Shown piece by piece: positions 41,937-51,251 of a stretch of 64,000 nucleotides of DNA. The translations under genes and the position numbers were made by a program. The stretch's first letter is position 1, and each line of letters starts with the position of its first letter. The notes under the pieces are model-generated. The model saw only the letters and a program-made list of their open reading frames with translations, had not been told where the DNA came from and made no database searches. Source of the DNA: Gemmatimonadota bacterium (GTDB lineage Bacteria; Gemmatimonadota; Gemmatimonadetes; Palauibacterales; KS3-K002); NCBI GenBank assembly GCA_039586495.1, contig JBDHKG010000033.1, positions 5,689 to 69,688 on the forward strand, given 5' to 3'.

Positions 41937-43550
41937 CTAATCGGGCCTACGCAGGAACAGGAGTATCGATGTGCCTGCGCGGTCGAAGGGCTGCTGGGTG
42001 TGGATCCACAAGGGTCCGCTTCTCCTCAACCAGATGAAGTTCTGCAAGCTCACGGCGTAGACCCCAGCGACAGGTTCCCTCAGCAGTCGTAGTGGTAGTC
42101 TGGTGTAGCGGATCCCATAGTAGTCGGGGTCGGCCGTGCCGAAGTACGAGAGGTAGACATGGTTGATACCGTGCCGTGCAAGCGTGGCGGGGAGTGCCTT
42201 CAGGTCCTGGCCCCAGTCGATGTTCGAGTCGTCCAGCAGCGGCTGCCCCTTCGAGGCAATGCGGGCGATCTCGTTGAAGTAGGGGATGTAGTGTGGCCAG
42301 GTTGCAAGCGTGGTGGCCGCCTGGAACGCGATCAGTAATGCGGCCAAGGTGAGCCTCCGTGTCGCACCTGCCCCCTCCCAGATGACCCACCGCGACCCGA
42401 GTATCGCCATGACTGGCAGCAGAGGCAGAACCCGGCGGATGCCGGAAGCCACTTCGTCGATGCTCGCCGCGACGAGCAGCGCGACGGCCGGCAGCAGCAA
42501 ACACAGCTCGCCCAAGAGATCTGTCTGATACCTGCGGATGAGAGCGAGGCCGGCCAGCGTAGCCCCCAGCAGGGGCAGACTGGCCTTGACGGCTAGCGCC
42601 GCAGGGTAGTAGTAAGGCACGCCTTCCGAGTAGAACGACCCGAACAAATAACCCCACGGCAGCCCCGGTCGGATGTTGCGATAGATGGAGAACACGCCGT
42701 GCACGTAGCGGCCGGGTTCAGGGGGCCAACCGTAGATACACAGAAGAACGACTGCCGCCGGCAGGAAGACGAGCGCGAAGTACTGGTAGACTGGCAAGCG
42801 TTTTCGGCGTGGGATTCGTGTCGCATAGACCGCGAGGATGATGACAAAACACGGCACGAGAACCAGCGCCGTGTACTTCGTGACGAGCGCGAGTCCCAGC
42901 GCGAAACCGGAGGCCAAGGCGGCACGTGCTGAACCGCGCTGGGTGAACCGCCAGAGCATGAAGCTTGCGAAGAGCATCGTGGCAGTCACCGGAAAGTCTG
43001 CGGCCACGAGTCGGCCATGGGCGATGAGATTCGGGCTGAGGGCGGTGAGGAAGAGGGCGAACACGCCAGCGACCCGGCCGAACAGCAGGGTCGCCCAGAC
43101 GCACACGGTGGCCAGCAACAGCAGCCCAAACGGAACCAGTACCCCGACGCGGCTCCATGTGAGGATGCGGTCCGCATCGAAGCCGGACCTGTAGAGCAGG
43201 TCCCGGGAGAAGCCGTACTCGCGGTAAAGACTGTCCTGGAAGTACAGGCTATCCCCGGGAGCTCTCAGTCCGTGCAGCCAGGGTGATAGGCCGGCGAGGT
43301 ATCCGACGAGCGGTGGAGCATCCTCTTTCAGAGTGTAATCGTGCAGCGTCAGGTAGGTCAGTCCGGCGACAACGTATGCGGGTTCATCGAAGGTGGCTGA
43401 TTTCCGCTGCAGGCTCGTCATCGTCAGCGACAGGAACAACAGCGTTGCCGGTAGAAGCCAGAGCAGGAACCGAGCCGACAGCGGCTTGCGCGGCGGATAC
43501 TTGGCCAGCCAGCGGCGCAGGGTTCCGCGCCAACGATCGTCAGAGGTCAT
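41937..43550 (-). CDS. GT-C fold membrane glycosyltransferase (ArnT/PMT-like)
   Basis: 537 aa, multi-TM. First-loop motif is ATFDEPAYVVAGLTYL. First gene of the minus-strand DprE cluster. Confidence 0.7.
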   Translation of the reverse strand: MTSDDRWRGTLRRWLAKYPPRKPLSARFLLWLLPATLLFLSLTMTSLQRKSATFDEPAYVVAGLTYLTLHDYTLKEDAPPLVGYLAGLSPWLHGLRAPGDSLYFQDSLYREYGFSRDLLYRSGFDADRILTWSRVGVLVPFGLLLLATVCVWATLLFGRVAGVFALFLTALSPNLIAHGRLVAADFPVTATMLFASFMLWRFTQRGSARAALASGFALGLALVTKYTALVLVPCFVIILAVYATRIPRRKRLPVYQYFALVFLPAAVVLLCIYGWPPEPGRYVHGVFSIYRNIRPGLPWGYLFGSFYSEGVPYYYPAALAVKASLPLLGATLAGLALIRRYQTDLLGELCLLLPAVALLVAASIDEVASGIRRVLPLLPVMAILGSRWVIWEGAGATRRLTLAALLIAFQAATTLATWPHYIPYFNEIARIASKGQPLLDDSNIDWGQDLKALPATLARHGINHVYLSYFGTADPDYYGIRYTRLPLRLLREPVAGVYAVSLQNFIWLRRSGPLWIHTQQPFDRAGTSILLFLRRPD

Positions 43551-43686
43551 GGTCTGCTCAGATGCTTGTTGCTCATAGGTCAGGCTGCCTGAGCCATCAT
43601 GTCGGCCTTGCGGATCGTGAGTCGAACCCGAGTTGACGCTGCAGTCTTAGTGGGTGAGTTCGCAAGTCGGCTCCCATATAGGTAGA

Positions 43687-43709
43687 GGGGGCACCGTGTC
43701 GGTGCCCCC
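43687..43709 (-). terminator. Possible intrinsic terminator hairpin downstream of the BNR/sortilin-like gene
   Basis: 9-bp perfect stem GGGGGCACC / GGTGCCCCC with a 5-nt loop, 36 nt past the stop at 43745. The U-tract is weak (TCTACCTATAT). Confidence 0.4.
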
Positions 43710-43744
43710 GATCTCGGCTCGCCTCTTGGGCGCGTCTATCGCCG

Positions 43745-46700
43745 CTACCAGCGCGGTAGATGTCGTCCGGACGTCCAGGGCGCGCCGGCCGCCTCCAGCT
43801 TGTCTTCGAGCGCCGGCAAGTCCGTCTCTATCAATGTGCGGAACTCATCGTAGATCTCGCTGAACTGCTGGGCGGCGATCTCGTAGTTCCTCCTGTGCGT
43901 CTCCGTTGGTGCGGAGGTCGACGACCAGTGGCCGCGGACGATTTGCTGGATCCGGTCCATGATCCCTGGCATCTCCGGCTCGTTCCGCCGTGGCCTGGTC
44001 GGGTCCCCGGTCAGGCGCTCACGCAGGTCCATCAAGCTGAGCTCCAGCGCACGTGCCTCCTCGCGCAGGCTCGGGTCGGCTCCTGGCCAGACCTCGATCA
44101 CGTTCTTGATCTCGGTGATGCGGTCGGCGGCCTCACCAGCGGCTCTACTGGCACCCATGGCAGCGCGCTGCAGCCCTCCCGTCTGGCGCTGGAAGGCGAG
44201 GACCGCCTCGCGGTCTGCCGGCGGGAGGCTCGGCATGCCGAGTGGCTCGACCTCGAACGGCGTCGGCGGCACGAGTTCGGTGGTGACGCCACCGACGCGC
44301 CTTTCGATGCTCACGCTGTAGGTACCGGGCACCGCCATGGGGCCGTAGCCCTCCCGGTCGATGCCGCTGGCGGTGTAGCCAGGATAGCGAAGGTCCCAGG
44401 TAGCACGATGGATGCCTGCGGAATCGGAGCCCTCGAGGCGGCGGACCGCGTTCCCGTTGAGGTCTCGCACCGTGAGGAGAATGGCAGGCTCCTCCTCGCG
44501 ATCCTCGGCCTTCAGCTGCTCCCAGCTCGGATAGAAGACGTCGCCGCCCTGCCTGGCTGTCCGTCGCTCCTGCTCGCGGCGCTGGTCCCTGCGGGTCTTC
44601 AGAGACTCCCTCAGGTAGTAGGTGAATGTAGCCCCGAAGGGCGGATTGGGCGCCGTATAGAGGCTGGCACCCTGGGAGGCCTTCTCGCTGCCGCCCAGCG
44701 GTCCGGCTTGGATATAGGACCAGGCCTGCCTGATCGGGAAGATGTAGGCCTCCCGCTGAAGCAGCTGGCTGCTCAGTTCGCGCAGGGGCGTGTAGTCGTC
44801 GAGGATGAAAAACCCGCGGCCGAAGGAGGCGGCTACGAGATCGTTCTCGCGGCGCTGGATCTCCAGCTCGCGTACGGCGATCGTCGGAATGCCGCCTTTC
44901 AGCCGCAACCACTCCGCCCCGCCACCCAAGCTGACGTAGACGCCGAACTCCGTGCCCACAAATAGCAGATCCGGGTTCACGTGGTCCTGCACGATCGTGT
45001 AGACGGAACCGCGTTCCGGCAAATCACCGGTGATCGATGTCCAGGAGCGACCCCGGTTGGTGCTCTTGTAAACGTAAGGCTTGAAGTCACCGCGCTTGTG
45101 GTTGTTAAAGACGGCGTAGACGGCGTTCGCGTCGTGCAGCGATGCCTCGATGTCGTTGACGTAGGTCATCTCGGGAACGTTCCCCACCTTGTCGATGCGC
45201 CGCCAGTTCGCGCCGCCGTCCTCGCTCACCTGGATCAACCCATCGTCGGTCCCGACGTAGAGCAGGTCTTCCACGAGAGGTGACTCGGAGAGCGCCACGA
45301 TGTTCCCGTAGAAGGAGGTCGAGCGGTTCTTGGATGGGGCGTCCACGCTCCACAAGCGGCCCATCACCGGAAGTCGGTTCCGGTCCATGTCGCGTGTAAG
45401 GTCGGGACTCATGGCCCTCCAGGAATCGCCGCGATCCTCGCTACGGAAGAGGATCTGGGCGGCGAAATAGAGCCGCGTATTTGAATGCGGACTGATCAAC
45501 AAGGGTGAGTCCCAGTTCCAGCGCAACGGCGGCCTGTCCATCTCCTCCTGTGGCTTGATGTCGATCCGCTCGCCGGTACGGCGGTCGTAGCGGATGAGGT
45601 TGCCGTACTGCCACTGCGAATAGACAATGTTCGGATCCTCCGGATCGACAGCGGGATCGAAGCCGTCGCCGCCGACGGTGACGATCCAATCACTGTTGCG
45701 TATCCCATGGACGTTGTCGGTCCGTGAGGGTCCGCCCTGCGTGGCGTTGTCCTGGGTCCCGCCGTAGACGTTGTAGAACGGAGTGTCGTTGTCCACGGCG
45801 ACCTTGTAGAACTGCGTGATGGGCAGATTCGCCTTGAAATTGTAGTTCCTGCCGCGATCCCAGGTCTCGTAGAGCCCGCCGTCCGTCCCGATCAGCAGAT
45901 GGTCGGCATCGTGCGGGTCGATCCAGAGAGCGTGGTTGTCCACGTGCTTCCACTGCACTCCCACCCGCTCGAAGTTCCTTCCGCCGTCCTCTGATACCAT
46001 GAAGCGGACATCCATGGAGTAGACACGGTCGAACTTGTGCGGGTCCGCGAAGATCTCCTGGTAGTACTGCGGGCTGCCGCTGACGTAGTCGCTCCGCCGG
46101 GACCAGTGCTCGCCGCCGTCCTCGGAGCGGAAGAAACCGCCTTTGCCGTCTGCGGCCTCGACGATCGCATAGATGACGTCGGGATTGATCGGTGAGATGG
46201 TGAGGCCGATGCGGCCCATGTCCACTCGGGGGAGCCGCCTGTTGATCTCCTTCCAGGTGGCACCCGCATCCGTGGACTTGTAGATGCCGGAGCCCAGCCC
46301 ACCGTTGATGAGCGTCCAGACGTGGCGCCGCCGCTGGTAGGCCACCGCGTAGAGCACATCCGGGTTACGGGGGTCAAAATGGACCTCTGAGACCCCGGTG
46401 TGCTCATTGATCTCCAGCACCTTGGTCCAGGTCTCACCGCCGTCGCTGGTCTTGTAGAGGCCGCGATCGCCGCCCGGTGCCCAGAGCGGCCCCTGGGCCG
46501 CCACGTACACGACGTCCGAGTCGCGCGGATCGATGCGGATCATGCCGACGTGTTCGGAGTTCTTGAGCCCCACATTTCTAAAGCTCTGCCCGCCGTCTAC
46601 GGACTTGTAGACGCCATCCCCGTAGCCCACGCTGCGCTGGCTGTTGTTCTCGCCGGTTCCCACCCAGACGATCATCGGGTCGTTGGGGTCCACGGCGACA

Positions 46701-47005
46701 CAGCCGGTGGAGTAGGAGCCGTACCTGTCAAAGATCGGTCTCCAGGTCGTACCTGCGTTCTCGGTCTTCCACACACCCCCTGACGCGACCGCGACGTACC
46801 AGGTGCTGTGGTCCGTGGGATCGACGGCGATATCGATCACGCGCCCGGACATAAAGGCAGGGCCGATGCCGCGGAATCTCAGCCTCGAGACGAGCGCGGA
46901 GTCCAGCTCAGGCCGTCTTTCCTCCTCGTCGTCCTGAGCGATCGCCGGCGGTGCGAAAGGGAGCCAGAAGATGAGACTCAACAGAAAAGCTAACCGTCTG
47001 GTCAT
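43745..47005 (-). CDS. Secreted BNR/Asp-box repeat protein (sortilin/VPS10-like beta-propeller)
   Basis: ATG at 47003-47005, preceded by GGGAGGAAAAG, gives the signal peptide MTRRLAFLLSLIFWLPFAPPAIAQ. Many Asp-boxes are present (SVDGGQSF, TSDGGETW, STDAGATW, SEDGGEHW, SEDGGANW). Confidence 0.8.
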   Translation of the reverse strand: MTRRLAFLLSLIFWLPFAPPAIAQDDEEERRPELDSALVSRLRFRGIGPAFMSGRVIDIAVDPTDHSTWYVAVASGGVWKTENAGTTWRPIFDRYGSYSTGCVAVDPNDPMIVWVGTGENNSQRSVGYGDGVYKSVDGGQSFRNVGLKNSEHVGMIRIDPRDSDVVYVAAQGPLWAPGGDRGLYKTSDGGETWTKVLEINEHTGVSEVHFDPRNPDVLYAVAYQRRRHVWTLINGGLGSGIYKSTDAGATWKEINRRLPRVDMGRIGLTISPINPDVIYAIVEAADGKGGFFRSEDGGEHWSRRSDYVSGSPQYYQEIFADPHKFDRVYSMDVRFMVSEDGGRNFERVGVQWKHVDNHALWIDPHDADHLLIGTDGGLYETWDRGRNYNFKANLPITQFYKVAVDNDTPFYNVYGGTQDNATQGGPSRTDNVHGIRNSDWIVTVGGDGFDPAVDPEDPNIVYSQWQYGNLIRYDRRTGERIDIKPQEEMDRPPLRWNWDSPLLISPHSNTRLYFAAQILFRSEDRGDSWRAMSPDLTRDMDRNRLPVMGRLWSVDAPSKNRSTSFYGNIVALSESPLVEDLLYVGTDDGLIQVSEDGGANWRRIDKVGNVPEMTYVNDIEASLHDANAVYAVFNNHKRGDFKPYVYKSTNRGRSWTSITGDLPERGSVYTIVQDHVNPDLLFVGTEFGVYVSLGGGAEWLRLKGGIPTIAVRELEIQRRENDLVAASFGRGFFILDDYTPLRELSSQLLQREAYIFPIRQAWSYIQAGPLGGSEKASQGASLYTAPNPPFGATFTYYLRESLKTRRDQRREQERRTARQGGDVFYPSWEQLKAEDREEEPAILLTVRDLNGNAVRRLEGSDSAGIHRATWDLRYPGYTASGIDREGYGPMAVPGTYSVSIERRVGGVTTELVPPTPFEVEPLGMPSLPPADREAVLAFQRQTGGLQRAAMGASRAAGEAADRITEIKNVIEVWPGADPSLREEARALELSLMDLRERLTGDPTRPRRNEPEMPGIMDRIQQIVRGHWSSTSAPTETHRRNYEIAAQQFSEIYDEFRTLIETDLPALEDKLEAAGAPWTSGRHLPRW

Positions 47006-47274
47006 CTTTTCCTCCCGGTAGCGGCTCTTGGATTGGATGCGAGGTGCAGGCAAGGTAGGATGGGGAGTACGACCTGGAAACAGGGGGGCCTGAGGGGACG
47101 GGGCCGCAGCTCGCCCGGCAGGCACGGGCTGGCAACCCGAGCAGGCGTATTGGCCAGGTTGGCTGAACGAGCCCATATTCCCGCAGGTCGTGGGGCAGGG
47201 GGCTGCCCTTGCAAGCATGCGCTTCTGCCCCATAACGCAAGACGGCACGAGCGGACGTAACCTTGGAGGCGGTC

Positions 47275-47694
47275 ATGCGAAAGGTGGCGGTCACCTTGGC
47301 GGCACTGGGGCTCGCCGGTTGCGCGATCTTCGGAGGCTTGAGAGGTGCCGATCCTCTCGCCGGCTGGGGTGGCGTGTGGACTGGCGAGTACCAGGGGGGC
47401 AGCGGCGCCGGCCCTCTAGAACTTGAGTTCAGCACCGACACGGCAGGTATGCCGGTTGGCGTGGCCCGCTTCGACACGGGGATGGGACTGGAGCAGACCT
47501 CACTGGAATCGCCCGTCATGACGCGAGATTCCGTGCGTTGCGAGCTCAGCTTCGACGGGATGGCGGTCGAGATCCGCGGCGCCCGCAGCGAGGAGGACTC
47601 CGCTGAGGGTGTTTTCGTGGTCCGCTATCCGGGCGAGGAGCAGCCCATCGATTCCGGGATTTGGACGGCCAGGCGGAGGCCGACCGGGCAGTAA
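47275..47694 (+). CDS. Putative lipoprotein
   Basis: ATG at 47275 follows GGAGG. MRKVAVTLAALGLAGC carries a lipobox LAGC. No family recognised. Confidence 0.5.
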   Translation: MRKVAVTLAALGLAGCAIFGGLRGADPLAGWGGVWTGEYQGGSGAGPLELEFSTDTAGMPVGVARFDTGMGLEQTSLESPVMTRDSVRCELSFDGMAVEIRGARSEEDSAEGVFVVRYPGEEQPIDSGIWTARRRPTGQ

Positions 47695-47725
47695 GGCGCC
47701 GAGGCCTCGAGCGGGCGTCGCGGCC

Positions 47726-48712
47726 CTACAGTTCGACCGGGCCGCCCTGCGCCGCTTCGTCCAGGAAGCGGCTCAGCTTGCGGATCGCCTTCTTCACCGT
47801 GCCGCCGTAGTACGAGACAGCCTCGCGCGCGTCCTCCCGGTAGGCGCGCGGCTCGTCGCTGCGTCGCAGATATTCGCCCCGGAGGACGCGGTCGTAGTGC
47901 CCCTCGCGTATCCAGCGGCGTAACTCGCCGACGCGCAGCACGTGGAACGGGTGAGTGGAACCCAGCAGGTTCATCACCTTGAAGACGGCGTCGGCTAGCG
48001 TCTCGTCCTCCTCGTAGTCTTCGGCCTGCAGCAGGAACTCGTTCAGGTTGAGGCTCTCGGCGTAGTGATGGCTTCCCCCGGCCAGCTTCATCAGGGCGCT
48101 CATACAAGCTTCGGGGTCCTGAGTCGCCAGCAGAGCTGCCCGGTCGGAGGACAGCTCGCTCTTCCGGTTCCATTCTGCCAGGGCGAGGATGATCGCTTGG
48201 ATGGCGATGCCGGCGATGGGAAGCTGCCGTTGCCCCAACAGGATAAGCAGCGCGAGCACCGTGCGGTGGAGGACGTGGTCGCTGACGATGTGGCCCACCT
48301 CGTGCCCGAGCACCGTCTCCATCTCGTCGCGATTTAGCACATCGACGGCGCCGCTGTTGATGAGGATGAACGGCTTGTCCACCCCCAGCGCGCCTGCGTT
48401 GGCGAAGGGCGTCTGAGAGATGTAGAGCTCAGGTTCCCAGCCCAGGTCGAGGACGTCGAGTACCCGCTGATGGAGATCGTAGACCCAGCCGTACTGCTTG
48501 GGGGTCACCCGGACGGCGTTGGCCTGGAAGAAGAGCCGAAGACCTCGCTCGCCAAAGAGGCCCACGATCTTTCGGACGAGTTCGGAGAAACCCGGTACGG
48601 AATTGAGGCTGCGCAGGGCCGCCCGGTCCGCCGGGTGCTCCCAGGTGCGGGAGGAGATGTCGGTCAGTTTGACTCGCGCGGTTGGCGCCAGAGTGCTCGA
48701 TTTCTCGTTCAT
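47726..48712 (-). CDS. M48-family zinc metallopeptidase
   Basis: HExxH in LGHEVGHIVSDH. Start taken at MNEKSST (internal ATG of ORF 47726..48799). Confidence 0.8.
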   Translation of the reverse strand: MNEKSSTLAPTARVKLTDISSRTWEHPADRAALRSLNSVPGFSELVRKIVGLFGERGLRLFFQANAVRVTPKQYGWVYDLHQRVLDVLDLGWEPELYISQTPFANAGALGVDKPFILINSGAVDVLNRDEMETVLGHEVGHIVSDHVLHRTVLALLILLGQRQLPIAGIAIQAIILALAEWNRKSELSSDRAALLATQDPEACMSALMKLAGGSHHYAESLNLNEFLLQAEDYEEDETLADAVFKVMNLLGSTHPFHVLRVGELRRWIREGHYDRVLRGEYLRRSDEPRAYREDAREAVSYYGGTVKKAIRKLSRFLDEAAQGGPVEL

Positions 48713-49024
48713 GCCGGCAATCTCGCCTGGTGAGGGCTCCCCGTCAAATGGCGAATTGCCGTGCGGCGCTGCCCGTTGCCAACCTGGGGCGCGGGCCACA
48801 TATTGTTAAACCCCAGGCCCTAGCCCGTTAATTTAGGCTGTTCCAGCGTACTCGTCCCTGCCGGCGACGGGCGTTTGTGTCGGGCTCAGGCCTCGGGTGG
48901 CACAGTTCGCGTGGACAGGTGGAGGGGTATTCGAGGGGCTGGTGTCGGCTGGCTGAGCCCAGTGTCCCGATGCTAGGTTAGGCAGCAAGGGCTCCGTCAT
49001 ACGTAATAGCCAGAAGGAGGAGCG

Positions 49025-49669
49025 ATGGTGAGACGGCACGTGCGGTTGGCGACCACCGCAGTGATCGGTGTCTTCGGGCTGGCGCTCGGGTTGGCGAGTT
49101 GCGCCCCAGGCGTCAAGCCGGAGGAGCTGGACGCCCAGCTGGCACAGGTCCGCGAGGAGTTCCGGGCCGGTGACGATCAGCTCGCGGGCCGCGTCGATGA
49201 GCTGGAGCGGCGCGTCAGTAGCCTCGAGTCCGAGATGCAGGCTCTGCGGAACGACTTCAACGTCTCCATGGAGCGGATGGAGGGGGCAATCAAGTTCAAC
49301 GTCCCCGTGCACTTCGACTTCGACGAGGCCGACATCCGTGAGCTTGACAGGCCGGTGCTCGACCGTTTCGCGGAGATCGTGAGGACGTACTACGGCGACG
49401 CGCTGGTCACGGTCGAGGGCTTCGCCGACCCGGCGGGCAGCGAGGCTTACAACCTGCGGCTTGGCAGGCGTCGCGCGCAGTCCGTCAAGCAGTACCTGAC
49501 CACGGCCGGCGGCTTGCCTGCCGATCAGGTGAAGACGGTGAGCTACGGCGAAGCTGCTGACCGTCAGGTTGTCCCCGGCGCTCGTGGCCCGGGTGTCACG
49601 GGGATCGAGAACCGCCGTGTCGCGCTGGTTATCGACTACGGCGGCGCAGTCCGTGGCGCGGGCATGTAG
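49025..49669 (+). CDS. OmpA-family lipoprotein with coiled-coil linker (Pal-like)
   Basis: Lipobox LGLASC. OmpA domain VTVEGFADPAGSEAYNLRLGRRRAQSVKQYL...NRRVALVI. Confidence 0.85.
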   Translation: MVRRHVRLATTAVIGVFGLALGLASCAPGVKPEELDAQLAQVREEFRAGDDQLAGRVDELERRVSSLESEMQALRNDFNVSMERMEGAIKFNVPVHFDFDEADIRELDRPVLDRFAEIVRTYYGDALVTVEGFADPAGSEAYNLRLGRRRAQSVKQYLTTAGGLPADQVKTVSYGEAADRQVVPGARGPGVTGIENRRVALVIDYGGAVRGAGM

Positions 49670-49694
49670 AACGCCCCGCAGTCCAGAACGAACG

Positions 49695-49735
49695 GCGCCC
49701 TACGGCCTTCGGGCCGGGGGCGCTGTTTTGTCTTT
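49695..49735 (+). terminator. Rho-independent terminator after the OmpA lipoprotein gene
   Basis: GC-rich hairpin GCGCCC-TAC-GGCC-TTCG-GGCC-GG-GGGCGC followed by TGTTTTGTCTTT. Confidence 0.6.
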
Positions 49736-49852
49736 ACGGCAGTTGACTCCAGGCCGAGCTGGCGAAGCTGCCTTTCCGGCCGTCTTCCGTTTGAAGTCGC
49801 GAGCGGCCCGCGCTACTTTTCTCCGCTGCTAACCAGCCAGAGAGGCCAGGCG

Positions 49853-51199
49853 ATGGCGAGAGTCGATGTCATGATGCCGCAGATGGGCGAGTCGATCGCC
49901 GAGGGCACGATCACCAAGTGGCTCAAGCACGTCGGCGACGAGATCAAGCAGGATGAGCCGATTCTGGAAATCTCCACCGACAAGGTGGACGCGGACATCC
50001 CCTCTCCTGCGTCGGGCATCCTAGTCGAGATCATCGCGGCCGAAAGCGAGACCGTGGAAGTCGGTACCGTGATCGCGCGGATCGAAACTGATGTCGCGGC
50101 GGCTGCTGTCGCGGGTGAGGGAGCGGGGGCCGCTGAGTTGGAGGCGGCGCCCGCGCCGGTTGCCGAGCCGGAGCCCGGAGCTGCCCGATTTACGCTCGCA
50201 GAGGCAGCGGCGGCCCGACCGCTCGAGGGAGACGACGGCTCGGGGCTCGAGACACGTGTAGCGCGGCTGCGCGCTCGCTCCACCCCGCTGGTGCGGCGGA
50301 TGGCTGCCGAGCACGGCATCGACCTCGCCAGCGTGAGCGGCAGCGGCATCAGCGGTCGTGTCACCAAGAAAGACCTCCTCGCCTTTACTGAGCGGCGCCG
50401 AGAAACACCTGTTCCGGCCCCCGCGCGCACGGGCGCGCCCGGCGTCCTCTACATGCCCATCCACGGCGAAACCCTCCAGATCAAGGTCCCGGAGGTCATC
50501 ATCAAGGAGACGGATCGGGTCGAGGGGATGAGCGTGATGCGTCAGCGGATCATGGAGCACATGCTCATGAGCCGGCGCATCAGCGCGCACGTGAGTTCCG
50601 TCTTTGAGATCGATTTCGAGCGAGTCAGGCAGGTGCGCGAGCAGCTGAGGCCGCGCTTCGAGGGGGAAGACGTCAAGCTCACCTATCTGGCGTTCGTCGT
50701 GAGAGCCGTGATCGAGGGGCTGAAGGCCTATCCGGTGCTCAACGCGTCGGTCGTCGGTCGCAAGATCGTCTATCACGGAGTCTACAACATCGGCATCGCT
50801 GTTGCCATGGATGAGGGTGCAGGGCTTATCGTTCCGGTGCTGAAGAACGCTGACGAGCTGAGCTTGCTCGGCATCGCCCGGCGCTCTATTGAGTTAGCCG
50901 AGCGTGCTCGTTCACGTGAGCTCGATCCCGAGGATGTCCAGGGTGGCACGTTCACGATCACCAATCCCGGGGTGTTCGGCTCGTTGTTCGGCACGCCGAT
51001 CATCAACCAGCCGCAAGTGGCGATTCTCGGCGTGGGGAGGATTGAAAAACGGCCGGTCGTGATTGATGACATGATTGCCATACGGCACCGCGCCTACTTC
51101 GGGCTCTCCTTCGATCACCGGGTCGTCGACGGCGCGATGGCCGATTTCTTCATGGCAAAGCTGAAAGAGGTACTGGAGAACTTCCCTGAGGAAGCTTGA
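49853..51199 (+). CDS. 2-oxoacid dehydrogenase E2 component (dihydrolipoamide acyltransferase)
   Basis: Lipoyl domain PQMGESIAEGTITKWL...EISTDKVDADIPSP. Peripheral subunit-binding domain STPLVRRMAAEHGIDL. Catalytic SFDHRVVDGA. Confidence 0.9.
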   Translation: MARVDVMMPQMGESIAEGTITKWLKHVGDEIKQDEPILEISTDKVDADIPSPASGILVEIIAAESETVEVGTVIARIETDVAAAAVAGEGAGAAELEAAPAPVAEPEPGAARFTLAEAAAARPLEGDDGSGLETRVARLRARSTPLVRRMAAEHGIDLASVSGSGISGRVTKKDLLAFTERRRETPVPAPARTGAPGVLYMPIHGETLQIKVPEVIIKETDRVEGMSVMRQRIMEHMLMSRRISAHVSSVFEIDFERVRQVREQLRPRFEGEDVKLTYLAFVVRAVIEGLKAYPVLNASVVGRKIVYHGVYNIGIAVAMDEGAGLIVPVLKNADELSLLGIARRSIELAERARSRELDPEDVQGGTFTITNPGVFGSLFGTPIINQPQVAILGVGRIEKRPVVIDDMIAIRHRAYFGLSFDHRVVDGAMADFFMAKLKEVLENFPEEA

Positions 51200-51251
51200 C
51201 GAGGACGGGCCGGCGACCTGAGCCGGCTCCAGGGCATCAGCGAGTGCAACG

